From: Longimicrobiales bacterium
Lineage (GTDB): Bacteria > Gemmatimonadota > Gemmatimonadetes > Longimicrobiales > Gaopeijiaceae
Length of the DNA stretch: 64,000 nt
Direction of reading: 5' to 3'
Assembly: GCA_965202985.1 (NCBI GenBank)
Contig: CBDBCF010000002.1
Coordinates: 256,001 to 320,000, forward strand
A program made the position numbers and the translations under genes. Under the pieces are notes generated by a model. That model did not search any database. It was not told the origin of the DNA and saw nothing but the letters and a program-made list of their open reading frames with translations. Every line of letters begins with the position of its first letter. The first letter of the stretch is position 1. Positions 9,350-18,948 of this stretch are shown piece by piece.

Positions 9350-10189
9350 TCACCTTGCCCCGAACCTCCGGCCCGCAAGCCGAAGGGTGTGCGTCAAGCC
9401 CAGCACCTCGGCGCGGCTGGGCAGGCGCTCCCGCCCTTCCAGGAAGGGCCGCACGTCCGCGGAGAGCTGGTCCCACGACGAGGCCGAGAGCCGGCGCGCG
9501 ACCGCCTCCCGCCACGCGCTGGCCGGCGACGGAGGTTCGTCCCCGGTCGATTCCGCGCCCCGGTCCAGTGCGGCGGACAGCAGGCGCAGGTTCGGCGCCG
9601 GCCACCTTGGGTCGCTCAGGTACCACGCCAAGTCGTACACGTCCCGGCCCTTGGCGAACGGCCGTCCCAGGACCGCGTGGATCTTGCCGGCCAGCAGCGA
9701 TGCTCGGTCGTGGTGCCACAACCGCAGCGACACGTGGCGGCGCACCAGGCGCGTCCGGGCGACGGCACCGTCCGGCGGGTCCGTGTCCACCTCGATCTTG
9801 ACGGCCAATGCTTGGTCCCGATGCGGCGACAGGCCGATCTCGTACAGGACGCCGGGGAACCGCAGTCGGGCGGCGTGGACTGCGCCGCCGTCGCGAACCG
9901 CCGCCCGCACCTTGTAGCCCTCCCGCCGGAACTGCCGCCGAACCGCCTCCAGCCAGCCGCGCAAGTCGTATCCAGTGCGGTCGCCCTCGAGAGCGAAGTC
10001 CAAGTCTTCCGAGTAGCGGGGCAAGTCGTACAAGAAGCGGACCGCTGCGCCCCCCCGGCAAGCGACGTGCGCGAACGCGCCCGCCCGCTGCATTGCCTCC
10101 AGGATGCGCGCCTGGAGGTACTCGCGGGCGATGTTGCGACCGGCCAGGGGATCGACCTCCCGCACCAAGCGCCGAAGGTGGTCCTTCAC
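9350..10189 (-). CDS. AbiEii-family nucleotidyltransferase, type IV TA toxin
   Basis: AREYLQARIL, GG...RFLYDLPRYSEDLDF, KIEVD, LLAGKIHA, KGRDVYDLAWYL; GTG start overlaps antitoxin stop. Confidence 0.88.
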   Translation of the reverse strand: MKDHLRRLVREVDPLAGRNIAREYLQARILEAMQRAGAFAHVACRGGAAVRFLYDLPRYSEDLDFALEGDRTGYDLRGWLEAVRRQFRREGYKVRAAVRDGGAVHAARLRFPGVLYEIGLSPHRDQALAVKIEVDTDPPDGAVARTRLVRRHVSLRLWHHDRASLLAGKIHAVLGRPFAKGRDVYDLAWYLSDPRWPAPNLRLLSAALDRGAESTGDEPPSPASAWREAVARRLSASSWDQLSADVRPFLEGRERLPSRAEVLGLTHTLRLAGRRFGAR

Positions 10190-10830
10190 TCTTGCAGCTC
10201 CTCGTAGGCCAGCGCTCGGTCTTCGGCCGTCACCCGGAGATGTCCGACCGTCCGCGTCAGCTTGGGGTTGGCCGTGCGGGCCGCGGCGTCTTCCAGCGCG
10301 GGAATCGAGATCGCGTCCAGGTCGAGGCGCAGTCCGTCGATCCATGCGGGGTCGTCGCCGCCCGGCTGCAAGTAGGCCAAGTCGAGGAACGCCTTCTCGG
10401 GGCTGGCGACGAACGCGTGTTGGCCGCCGCCCAAGGGCCTCCGCTGGTAGCCGAAGAGCATCTCCGGCTTTATGCGGCGGAACGAATAGCGGCCCAAGGG
10501 CGTCTCTCGCACCCCCGGTCGGACCGGACCGAAGCTGGCGACCTCGGCCATGTGCTCCGGGACCGCGCCGGCCGCCGCCAGCGCCGACAGTCCGCTCACG
10601 TAGGAGCCCGGCGCGAGCCGATTGGCCACCAGGAACGGATGGGGGATCGTCTTCCGGTACGGGGGCGCCAGCGCGTACAGCCCCCGGCGCAGCTGGTGCA
10701 GACGGCCGGCGGCGCACCATCGCACCAGCTGTCCGGCCAACCCGGGCTCGCGCCCGCGACCGGCCGTCAGCAGCCCCGTCTCGAAGACGGGCTCGTCCTC
10801 CACGATCTCCAGCAGCTCGGCGAATCTCAT
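10186..10830 (-). CDS. AbiEi-family antitoxin
   Basis: LRRGLYAL, PFLVANRL..SYVSGLSAL, ASPEKAFLDLAYL; directly upstream of the toxin. Confidence 0.85.
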   Translation of the reverse strand: MRFAELLEIVEDEPVFETGLLTAGRGREPGLAGQLVRWCAAGRLHQLRRGLYALAPPYRKTIPHPFLVANRLAPGSYVSGLSALAAAGAVPEHMAEVASFGPVRPGVRETPLGRYSFRRIKPEMLFGYQRRPLGGGQHAFVASPEKAFLDLAYLQPGGDDPAWIDGLRLDLDAISIPALEDAAARTANPKLTRTVGHLRVTAEDRALAYEELQE

Positions 10831-10936
10831 GGCAACAAGTTAGCATAAAAAATGATTTGATGCGCTCGATATCGCCCAATACAGCAATGGTTCGCGCCGT
10901 CCCAAGAGGTCCTGCGGAGGTCTCCCAGTCAAACAA

Positions 10937-11014
10937 CAGTCAAGAAAACAAGTGACTGTCAGATAAGGACTTACGGGAATTCGAGGCTCGGATTCCGGTT
11001 TCCAGTCAAGAAAA
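10937..11014 (-). repeat. 78-bp inverted repeat, right copy (partner 9196-9273)
   Basis: See left copy; an extra TTGACT half-site lies at 10927-10932. Confidence 0.85.
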
Positions 11015-11052
11015 CCGGGGCGGTCCACGCCGGCTGATCGGGGGACGGCCTG

Positions 11053-11307
11053 CTAGGCCAGAGAGCGCACCGCTCGGTCCAACTGGGACTTGATTCTGCC
11101 GGCCTTGTTGGGATGGATCAGACGGCGGGCGGCCGCGCGATCGATCAGCGCCACGGCGGCGCGTCGGGACGCCTCGGCCTGCTCGTGCGAACCAGCCTCC
11201 TGCACGCGCCGGATCGCCGTGCGGATCTTGGACCGCACGGCCCGGTTGCGGGCCCGCGCGGCCCGACTGAGGTGCATCCGCTTCTTGGCGCTCTTGATGT
11301 TCGGCAT
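11053..11307 (-). CDS. rpsT: 30S ribosomal protein S20
   Basis: MPNIKSAKKRM...IHPNKAGRIKSQL. Confidence 0.97.
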   Translation of the reverse strand: MPNIKSAKKRMHLSRAARARNRAVRSKIRTAIRRVQEAGSHEQAEASRRAAVALIDRAAARRLIHPNKAGRIKSQLDRAVRSLA

Positions 11308-11444
11308 CTGTGGCGTGCTTCTCGATCTGTGACGTGGCTTGTCGGTTCCGTGACCCGCGAACGACGAACGCTAACGATAGCCCCGTCGGCGAAGGCCGGT
11401 CAACCCGTGGTCCGGGGCTGGTCTCTTCCATTAGCTTGATCGCC

Positions 11445-12092
11445 ATGGACTTCCTCTACATCGTCGCCGTCCTCCTGTTCTCGATCGTGGTCCACGAGGT
11501 CGCCCACGCTTGGCAGGCGCTCCGGGAGGGCGACACGACGGCGAGGGACCTGGGCCGCATCACGCTGAACCCGCTGCCGCACCTGGACTTGGTCGGCTCG
11601 CTGATCGTCCCCCTCGCGCTCTACCTGCTTCCGGGAAACTTCGTCTTCGGCTGGGCCAAGCCGGTGCCGGTGAACCCGGCCAACTACCGGAACTACCGGG
11701 CGGGCGACATCCGCGTCTCGATGGCCGGGATCGTGGCGAACCTGTGTCTCGCGGCGCTGTGCGCGGGGCTGCTCGCGGTCTTCTTCCAGTTGGGCGGCGC
11801 GTGGTGGACCACGAACGCATTCGGTTCGGCGCTGGTCAAGGCTGCGACCGTCGGCGTCTTCGTCAATCTGGTGCTCGCCTGGTTCAACCTGCTTCCCGTT
11901 CCGCCGCTGGACGGCTCCCACGTCTTCCGCCACCTCCTTCCGGCGCGGCTGGCGCGCCTCTACCAGTCGGCCGGCAGGTTCGGGATCGGCCTCCTGGTGC
12001 TGGTTGGCGTCTTCTACCGCGACGCCCTCTTCGTCGTGTTCGCGCCCGTGGAGCTGGCGTTCGACTGGATCATGCGGATCGTCCTGGGATGA
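11445..12092 (+). CDS. Site-2 protease family (M50) membrane metalloprotease
   Basis: HEVAH, GRITLNPL, FGWAKPVPVNP, FNLLPVPPLDG. Confidence 0.92.
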   Translation: MDFLYIVAVLLFSIVVHEVAHAWQALREGDTTARDLGRITLNPLPHLDLVGSLIVPLALYLLPGNFVFGWAKPVPVNPANYRNYRAGDIRVSMAGIVANLCLAALCAGLLAVFFQLGGAWWTTNAFGSALVKAATVGVFVNLVLAWFNLLPVPPLDGSHVFRHLLPARLARLYQSAGRFGIGLLVLVGVFYRDALFVVFAPVELAFDWIMRIVLG

Positions 12093-12934
12093 CCGCCGCG
12101 ACCAGCACGACCAGCACGAGCAGCGCCGAAACGGCCCGCCCGGATGCCGACGCCGACGGCCTGCTGGTCGTGGAAACCGACCGCTTTCACGGGCCGCTGG
12201 ACCTGCTCCTTCATCTGATCCGCACCCAGGACATCGACGTCTTCGACATTCCCATCGCCCGGATCACCCGTCAGTTCCTCGCGGCCATCGAGACCCTGGC
12301 CGAGACGAAGATCGACGAAGCGGGCGAGTTCCTGGAGATGGCCGCGGCGCTCGTGCGGATCAAGGCCGCCATGCTGCTGCCGAGGCCGCCCGGCGAGGAG
12401 GACCACGATCCGCGCGCCGAGCTGGTCCGCCGACTGCTGGAGTACGAACAGGTGCGCGAAGTCGCCTCGCGCTTCCGGGCCGCCGAGAACGACCAGGGCC
12501 GTCGCTTTCCCAAGGGGTGGGTGCCGGTCCGCCCCAAGCCGCAGATCGCCGAAGCGCCCTTGAACGTCTCGTGGGACCAGGTGTACGCCGCCGCCCTGCG
12601 ACTGCAACCCCCGAGAGAGCGCGAGCCCGAGCACCGCATGGCCGCCCGCACCGTCGTCATGCGCGACAAGACCGGACTCATCGTGGACGCGCTGCGGCGG
12701 GTGAAGCGCATCGAGTTCGCCAGCTTGGTGGCGCCTTGGAAGGATCGCCTGCACGGCGTGATGACCCTCTTGGCAGGCCTGGAGCTCGGCAAGCGGCGCG
12801 TCGTCGCGCTGAAGCAGAGTCGCCCGTTCGCGTCCCTGTGGCTGTACCCGGGGCGCCGGATCGCCGACGGCCCGTACGTCGAGGACGACGAGGCCGCCGC
12901 GACCGAGGCTTCCCCGACCGAGGCCGCTGCGTGA
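12089..12934 (+). CDS. scpA: Segregation and condensation protein A
   Basis: FHGPLDLLLHLI, EFLEMAA.LV.IKA.MLLP, DPRAELVRRLLEY. Confidence 0.95.
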   Translation: MTAATSTTSTSSAETARPDADADGLLVVETDRFHGPLDLLLHLIRTQDIDVFDIPIARITRQFLAAIETLAETKIDEAGEFLEMAAALVRIKAAMLLPRPPGEEDHDPRAELVRRLLEYEQVREVASRFRAAENDQGRRFPKGWVPVRPKPQIAEAPLNVSWDQVYAAALRLQPPREREPEHRMAARTVVMRDKTGLIVDALRRVKRIEFASLVAPWKDRLHGVMTLLAGLELGKRRVVALKQSRPFASLWLYPGRRIADGPYVEDDEAAATEASPTEAAA

Positions 12935-13680
12935 ACGACGCTTCCGTGGTCGAGGCGGTCCTCTTCGCCAGCGACGAGCCGCTGACGGCGTTGGAGATCG
13001 CTCGGGCCGACGAGACCCTGGACGAGGACCGGGTCGAAGCGGCTCTGGAAGCGCTCAGGGTCGCATACGACGACTCCGGCCGCGCCTTCGAGCTTCGGGA
13101 AGTGGCTGGCGGCGTCCAGATCGCGACGCGTCCCGAGTTCGCCCCCTATCTGGAGCGCTTCGACACCGTGGCCAAGCCCACGCGCCTTTCGGGACCCGCC
13201 TTGGAGGCGCTGGCGATCGTGGCCTACCGGCAGCCAATCAGCCGCATCGAGATCGAGTACGTGCGCGGCGTCAACTCCTCCGGCGTGATCCGCACCCTGC
13301 TGGACCGCGAGCTGATCCACGTCGCCGGAAGAGGCGAAGGCGTCGGTCGTCCCGTCCTCTACGGCACCACGCGGCGCTTCATGGAGCACTTCGGCTTCGC
13401 GTCGCTGGAGGACCTGCCCCGGCCCGAGGAGCTGCCGGTCGTGCTGCGCGAACGGACCCCGTTGACCGACACGGGAACGGCGGACGGGGCGCCGAGCGAC
13501 GGGGAAGGGGAGGTCGCGCCGGAGCCGGACGACCCGGTGGCCGCGGTCCTGGCCCATGCGCAAGAGGTCGGCGCGGACGTTGCCGGCGGCGGGGATGCTG
13601 CCGAAGCGGACGCTGTCGGCGACGCGGACGCTGTCGGCGACGCTGCGGTGTCGGGTCCTCCTTCCGAGGACGAAGGTTGA
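12931..13680 (+). CDS. scpB: Segregation and condensation protein B
   Basis: VEAVLFAS, ALEALAIVAYRQPISR, GRPVLYGTT..F..HFG; GTG start. Confidence 0.95.
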   Translation: MNDASVVEAVLFASDEPLTALEIARADETLDEDRVEAALEALRVAYDDSGRAFELREVAGGVQIATRPEFAPYLERFDTVAKPTRLSGPALEALAIVAYRQPISRIEIEYVRGVNSSGVIRTLLDRELIHVAGRGEGVGRPVLYGTTRRFMEHFGFASLEDLPRPEELPVVLRERTPLTDTGTADGAPSDGEGEVAPEPDDPVAAVLAHAQEVGADVAGGGDAAEADAVGDADAVGDAAVSGPPSEDEG

Positions 13681-14552
13681 CTCGCCGGCACGGGGGCGGC
13701 CTCGGGCCAAGCGGCAGGTCCACGTCCGGTCGCCAAGCGCGACAGGGCTCCCGCGTCACGGTTCCGACCGCGTCTCCGGCACCGCCTGGCATCCGCGTCC
13801 AGCGCTACCTGTCTCAGGCCGGCGCGGCTTCCCGCAGGCAGGCCGAGGTCCTGATCGGCGAGGGGAGGGTGGCCGTCAACGGCGACCCGGTCGCGGAGAT
13901 GGGCGTGCGGGTGGTTCCCGGACAGGATGTGGTGGCGGTGGACGGCCGCGTGGTGGAGCCGGCGCCCCGTCGCTGGATCGTCCTGCACAAGCCGGTCGGC
14001 GTTCTCTGCACGCGGGTCGACCCTCACGGAGGCGCAACCGTCTACGACGTGCTTCCCGACTGGACGACGGGCCTGCGCTACGTGGGGCGACTGGACCGCG
14101 ACACGTCGGGACTGCTCCTCATGACCAACGACGGCGCGCTGGCGGCCGCGCTGGCCCATCCCGCGAACCGCGTCGAGCGCGAGTACGTGGCCACGGTCGG
14201 GAAGCCGTTGACCGCCCAGGCGATCCGCGCCATCAAGGCGGGGGCCCGGCTGGAAGACGGCTTCGCCCGTCCCAAGAAGGTGCGCCGAACGCCACTGGGC
14301 GACGGCGAATGGGGGGTGAGCTTGGTCCTGACCGAGGGACGCAAGCGCGAGGTTCGTCGGCTCCTCAAGGCCGTCGGCTGCCCGGCGAAGTCGCTCTGCC
14401 GCGTCCGCTTCGGCCCCTTCCGCCTGGGCCGACTGGCGGCCGGGCGCTGGCGTCCCGCTCTTCCGTCCGAGATCACGACGGCCCGTTCCCAGGTTCGCCC
14501 GCGCCGAGGCGGCCGGAGACGAGGCTGCACAGCGCAAAGGAAGTCCCCATGA
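13677..14552 (+). CDS. rluB: rRNA pseudouridine synthase (RsuA/RluB family)
   Basis: S4 domain, HKPVG, VGRLDRDTSGLLLMTNDG, EGRKREVRR; follows scpB. Start approximate. Confidence 0.85.
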   Translation: MTRRHGGGLGPSGRSTSGRQARQGSRVTVPTASPAPPGIRVQRYLSQAGAASRRQAEVLIGEGRVAVNGDPVAEMGVRVVPGQDVVAVDGRVVEPAPRRWIVLHKPVGVLCTRVDPHGGATVYDVLPDWTTGLRYVGRLDRDTSGLLLMTNDGALAAALAHPANRVEREYVATVGKPLTAQAIRAIKAGARLEDGFARPKKVRRTPLGDGEWGVSLVLTEGRKREVRRLLKAVGCPAKSLCRVRFGPFRLGRLAAGRWRPALPSEITTARSQVRPRRGGRRRGCTAQRKSP

Positions 14553-15199
14553 CCTCTTCGTCGTCCGTCGTTGTCGTCGACCACCCGCTGGTTCGGGACA
14601 AGCTGGGCCGCCTCCGGGACCGCCGCACGCCGGCGAAGCGATTTCGGGAGCTGGTGAACGAGATCGCCATGCTCATGACCTTCCAGGCCACCCAGGACCT
14701 CCACGAGCGGGAAGTGACCGTCGAGACGCCCCTGGAGACGACCCGCGCCACTCGCGTGCAGGAGCCCGACGTGGTGGTCGTGCCGATCCTGCGAGCGGGG
14801 CTGGGGATGCTGGAAGGCGTGCTCCGCGTGATTCCGGGCGCCAGGGTCGGCCACGTGGGCCTGGAGCGCGACGAGCGGACGTTGGAGGCGACGCGCTACT
14901 ACGCCAAGCTGCCCTCGGGCGCGGAGCACGCCCGCCACTTCCTGGTGGACCCCATGCTGGGCACCGGCGGCTCGGCCACCGCGGCAACGACGTGGCTCAA
15001 GGAGCGCGGCGTCCGCGAGATTCGCTTCCTGTGCGTGCTGGCCGCCCCGGAGGGCTTGGCGCGCCTGCACCAGGAGCACCCGGACGTCCCGGTGCTGGCG
15101 GCCGCGGTGGACCGGCGGCTGAGCGAGGCCGGCTACCTGCTGCCGGGGCTGGGCGACGCCGGCGACCGCATGTTCGGCACGCTCTTCGCCGATCTGTAG
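14549..15199 (+). CDS. upp: Uracil phosphoribosyltransferase
   Basis: VPILRAGLGM, DPMLGTGGS, PGLGDAGDRMFGT. Confidence 0.96.
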   Translation: MTSSSSVVVVDHPLVRDKLGRLRDRRTPAKRFRELVNEIAMLMTFQATQDLHEREVTVETPLETTRATRVQEPDVVVVPILRAGLGMLEGVLRVIPGARVGHVGLERDERTLEATRYYAKLPSGAEHARHFLVDPMLGTGGSATAATTWLKERGVREIRFLCVLAAPEGLARLHQEHPDVPVLAAAVDRRLSEAGYLLPGLGDAGDRMFGTLFADL

Positions 15200-15332
15200 A
15201 CGCCCCACCGGAAGCCGCGCCCGATTCCCCGGTCCGTCGCGTCGTGACCGGAGTGGGGGACCAGCCCCGACAGTGACACCGCTCGACCGTGACGGGGTTG
15301 CCATGCGGCGCCCTGCTGGCGTAACGTTCGTT

Positions 15333-15406
15333 GGGCCCATAGCTCAGGCGGTTAGAGCAGCGGACTCATAATCCGACGGTCGGGGGTTCAAGTCCCTCTG
15401 GGCCCA
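15333..15406 (+). tRNA. tRNA with CAT anticodon, probably tRNA-Ile2 (lysidine); CCA not encoded
   Basis: GGGCCCA acceptor stem, D-arm AGCTCAGGCGGTTAGAGC, anticodon loop CTCATAA, T-loop GTTCAAGT. Ile2 rather than Met is an inference. Confidence 0.9.
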
Positions 15407-15470
15407 CTCCGTCCGCGAGGAACACGCTATCTTTTCGCCGAGAACCACGCTGAAACACGAGGAACGCGCG

Positions 15471-15884
15471 TTGATCGATCCGTTGCCTGCGCCGGGGCGC
15501 ACCTTCATGCGGGGTGCGCTCCGCCTGCCAGGTCACCGCTCCGCAAGGCCGGACGCTCGCAGGTTCGCCCTGCTTGCCGTCGTTGCCGTCATGATTGCGA
15601 CGACGGGCGCGACGGTAGTCCTCGACGTGCTTGCCGACCAGGGCGGGTTCGGAGTCCCAGCGCACATGGAGTCGCCGGACGGGGACTGCCCGTGGGCCCA
15701 CAACCACGGCTTCTGCCAAATGGTGCGCTCGCTGCCGGCCGTTGTGCCCGCGCCGAACGGTACGCTCGAGGCGTCGCCCGCGCCGGCCAAGCTCGTTTCT
15801 CTTCCGGGCGTTCCAGAACGCGGTCCTTCCCGACTGACGTTCCTGACGGACTGCGTCGTCCCCCGAGGTCCGCCGCTCGTCTGA
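15471..15884 (+). CDS. DUF2946/CruR-like leader protein with His/Cys cluster and C-terminal RGPP motif (start may be ATG 15507)
   Basis: Hydrophobic segment, HMESPDGDCPWAHNHGFC, ends PRGPPLV; directly upstream of a TonB receptor. Confidence 0.65.
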   Translation: MIDPLPAPGRTFMRGALRLPGHRSARPDARRFALLAVVAVMIATTGATVVLDVLADQGGFGVPAHMESPDGDCPWAHNHGFCQMVRSLPAVVPAPNGTLEASPAPAKLVSLPGVPERGPSRLTFLTDCVVPRGPPLV

Positions 15885-16078
15885 CCTGCTGGAGCTTCCC
15901 GCTCCAGTCCCCCACCCAACAAGCCCTGCCCGCCAGCGGCGTCCGAGGCCGGATCGGCCTTGGGGTTGTCGTCCGGTCATCCGGCAGGGCGTCCAGCCCG
16001 TTCACGCCCGCTTCGGCGACTCTCGCTTCCCGACAAACGGGGGGCGCACGCCGCTCGGGAATCTCGGAGAAGTCGTAG

Positions 16079-18337
16079 ATGCCCCGATTCTTGGCCCCGC
16101 GGCTCGTTGTCCGCGTCGCTCTTGCGACCGCGGCGACGGGGTTGTGTCCGCCCACGGGCTGGATCGGCGTCTCGGCGTCCCTTCGCGGACAGGCGTCCGA
16201 GCAACAGGTCGTTCACGGAGTCGTCCGCGACGCCGAGACCGGGCTTCCGCTGGCCGGGGTCGTCGTGTCGCTGGCCGGAGGGCGGCGTTCCGCGCTCACG
16301 GGAAGCGACGGCGCCTTTCGCATGGAGGTGGCGGGCGCGGCGGCCCAGCAGATCCGCGTGGAGCGACTGGGCTACGGCCGTCGGACGGTGGCGCTGGCCG
16401 AGGACCGGGGCGCCGATCCCGTCGTGGTGGAGCTCGTACCGTCGCCGATTGCGCTGGCGGGACTGGTGGCCACGGGCGCGATCACGGCGCGCACGACGGA
16501 GGAGACGCTGCGTCCCGTCAACGTCGTCGCGGGCGAAGAACTTCAGAGCCGTATGGAGGGAACGGTGGCGAGCGCCCTGGCGGGTCAGCCCGGACTGGCG
16601 GTCGCGACGATGGGACCGGCCACGGCCCGCCCCGTGATCCGCGGCCTGGGAGGCGATAGAGTGCTGATGCTGGAAGACGGCGTGCGGGTCGGAGACGTGT
16701 CTTCCAGCGGGTCGGACCATGCGACGGCCCTGGACGGGTCGTCGGCGCGCCGAGTCGAGGTTGTCCGCGGGCCGGCGGCGCTGCTGTACGGGAGCGGCGC
16801 CCTGGGAGGCGTCGTCAACGTCATCCGTGACGAGATCCCGACGACGGTGCCCGAGCGGTTGTCCGGGTTCGCGTCGCTGCGCGGCGCCACGGTCAGCGCA
16901 TCGCTTGCCGGAAGCGCGGCATCCACGTTCAGGGTCGCAGAGCGCGTGCCGTTGCGAATCGAGGCGTCGGGACGCAGGGCGGGGGACCTCAAGACGCCCA
17001 TCGGCGTCCTTCGGAACACCGACGCCGATACCTGGAACGTCGGCACAGGAGCGTCGTACGTGGCGGACTGGGGCCACGCCGGAGGGGCCTTCCGGTCCTA
17101 CCGCAACAACTACGGCATCCCGGGCGGGTTCGTAGGGGGACACGAGGAGGGCGTGGCGATCGAGATGGAGCGCATGTCCACAAAGCTCCGCGCCGTCGTG
17201 GACCAGCCAACGGGTCCTGTCGAAGCGATCGAACTCCACGGCAGCTACACGTGGTACCGCCACAAGGAGATCGAACCCCCCGACATCCTGGGCACGCTCT
17301 TCAAGTTGCAGGCGACCACCGTGGAGACGCTCGCCCGCACGTCTCCCGTCGGGCCGTTTTCGGCCGGCGCCGTGGGAGTTCGAGCGTCGCGGGAGGAGTT
17401 CGCGTTCGGCGGCGGCGTGTACACGCCCGACACCCGTCGCACCACGCTGGCCGGGTTCGCCTTCCAGGAGATGGAGTTCGGTCCGGTTCGCCTCGAAGGC
17501 GGGTTGCGGTACGATTGGGCGAAGACCGACCCGCTTCAGGACGACCCGAATTCGGAGATCGGCGCCGTTCGGGACCGGAGCTTCCAGGCCATGTCCGGGT
17601 CGCTCGGGATCTTGTACAGCGCCGGTTCGAACGTGTTCCTGGGCGCAACCGCCGGTCGGGCCTTTCGCACGCCGGACGTGAACGAGCTCTATTCGGAAGG
17701 GCCGCACTTGGCGGCGTACTACTTCGAGGTCGGCAACCCGTCGCTGGACGCCGAAACCGGCAACGGCCTGGACGTCTTCGTCCGCTACGGCGGAGACCGG
17801 CTGCGGACCGAGGTCACGGGGTTCTACAACGCGATCTCGGGCTACGTCTACGGTCGGCGAACCGGCGAGACGAGCCGCGTGCAGCTGCCGATCTACCAGT
17901 ACCGGGGCAACGACGCAGTGCTGGCCGGATTCGAGGCCGCGGTGGACGGCGACCTGGGCCGGGGCTGGGGCTTCCAGGGGGCCGCGTCCTATGTGCGGGG
18001 CGAACTGGAGGACACGAGAACGCCGCTGCCGCTGATCCCGCCGATGCAAGGGCGGATCGCGGTGGAGCACGAGCACCCGGCCTGGTTCGTTCGCGCCGAA
18101 GCCGAGATCGCCGCCGAGCAAGACAGGGTCGACGAGTTCGAGCTGCCCACCGACGGGCATGTCGTTCTCCACGCCGCCGCCGGCGCGCGCTTCGCAGTGG
18201 GGGGGCGCTTGACCGTGATCACGGCCAACCTGCGCAACGCCACCAACCAGACGTATCGGAACCATCTCTCCCGGGTCAAGGAGATCATGCCCGAGGCCGG
18301 GAGGAACCTGTCGATCGCGTACCGCGTGATCTTCTAA
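16079..18337 (+). CDS. TonB-dependent receptor, ZnuD-like metal uptake type
   Basis: RPVIRGLGGDRVLMLEDG, DHATALD, VVRGPAALLYGSGALGGVVN, ELYSEGPHLA, YRNHLS...GRN, terminal Phe. Confidence 0.9.
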   Translation: MPRFLAPRLVVRVALATAATGLCPPTGWIGVSASLRGQASEQQVVHGVVRDAETGLPLAGVVVSLAGGRRSALTGSDGAFRMEVAGAAAQQIRVERLGYGRRTVALAEDRGADPVVVELVPSPIALAGLVATGAITARTTEETLRPVNVVAGEELQSRMEGTVASALAGQPGLAVATMGPATARPVIRGLGGDRVLMLEDGVRVGDVSSSGSDHATALDGSSARRVEVVRGPAALLYGSGALGGVVNVIRDEIPTTVPERLSGFASLRGATVSASLAGSAASTFRVAERVPLRIEASGRRAGDLKTPIGVLRNTDADTWNVGTGASYVADWGHAGGAFRSYRNNYGIPGGFVGGHEEGVAIEMERMSTKLRAVVDQPTGPVEAIELHGSYTWYRHKEIEPPDILGTLFKLQATTVETLARTSPVGPFSAGAVGVRASREEFAFGGGVYTPDTRRTTLAGFAFQEMEFGPVRLEGGLRYDWAKTDPLQDDPNSEIGAVRDRSFQAMSGSLGILYSAGSNVFLGATAGRAFRTPDVNELYSEGPHLAAYYFEVGNPSLDAETGNGLDVFVRYGGDRLRTEVTGFYNAISGYVYGRRTGETSRVQLPIYQYRGNDAVLAGFEAAVDGDLGRGWGFQGAASYVRGELEDTRTPLPLIPPMQGRIAVEHEHPAWFVRAEAEIAAEQDRVDEFELPTDGHVVLHAAAGARFAVGGRLTVITANLRNATNQTYRNHLSRVKEIMPEAGRNLSIAYRVIF

Positions 18338-18378
18338 CCCTCACGTACCACCACCACGTACCACCAAGGAGACCAAGC

Positions 18379-18861
18379 ATGAAGAAGCATCGCAAGAACC
18401 GCCTCGCAACCCTGGCCGTCGTTGCCTTCGCCGCCTTCGCCGCCGCGTGCAGCGACGACCCGGTGGCGCCCGACGAGGACGAGCACGCCGAGCCCGAAGG
18501 AGTCCAGGTGCTCGTGGACGGCGCCGTGGTCGCCACCTACGACGGCGACGCCCAGTCCTGGACCGGCGAGCTGGAGATCGAGGCCGGCGAGGAGAGCGGC
18601 ATGGTCGAAGTCCGGTTCGTGGATCACGACGGCGACCCGATCCCGATCGACGACGACCTCTACCTGGAGGTCGACGTGGAGGACACGAGCATCGCGGAGT
18701 TCCACCACGAGCCCGCCCCAGGCAGCTTCACGGGCCACTTCGACGGCAAGGTCGAGGGCGAGACCGACGTCGTGTTCATGCTTATGCACGGCGCCGTCGG
18801 CTCGGGGCACTCGGACTTCACCACCACGGCTGTGCACATCCACGTCGAAGCGCACGGATGA
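18379..18861 (+). CDS. His/acidic-rich lipoprotein, putative metal-binding partner
   Basis: AAGGAG RBS, lipobox FAAAC, EHAEPEG, FHHE, MHG..GHSDF, VHIHV. Confidence 0.75.
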   Translation: MKKHRKNRLATLAVVAFAAFAAACSDDPVAPDEDEHAEPEGVQVLVDGAVVATYDGDAQSWTGELEIEAGEESGMVEVRFVDHDGDPIPIDDDLYLEVDVEDTSIAEFHHEPAPGSFTGHFDGKVEGETDVVFMLMHGAVGSGHSDFTTTAVHIHVEAHG

Positions 18862-18948
18862 CCGACTAGAACCCCGCGCGCGGGGGGCGCCGTCACGGGC
18901 CGAGGCTGGTAAAGACCCCGCGCGCGGGCGCCGGTTTTCCGGCGTTCC

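Noticed and set aside
10030..10065. AbiEii GGA instead of the usual GGT motif as a sign of inactivation
   Set aside because: GG and the catalytic SEDLD are intact, so there is no basis for calling it dead.
15333..15406. tRNA as an integration site
   Set aside because: No integrase, and I saw no duplicate of its 3' end in the window.
18868..18930. CCCCGCGCGCGGG(G) palindromes between convergent genes
   Set aside because: Possibly a terminator or REP-like element, but there is no U-tract and no further copies were seen.
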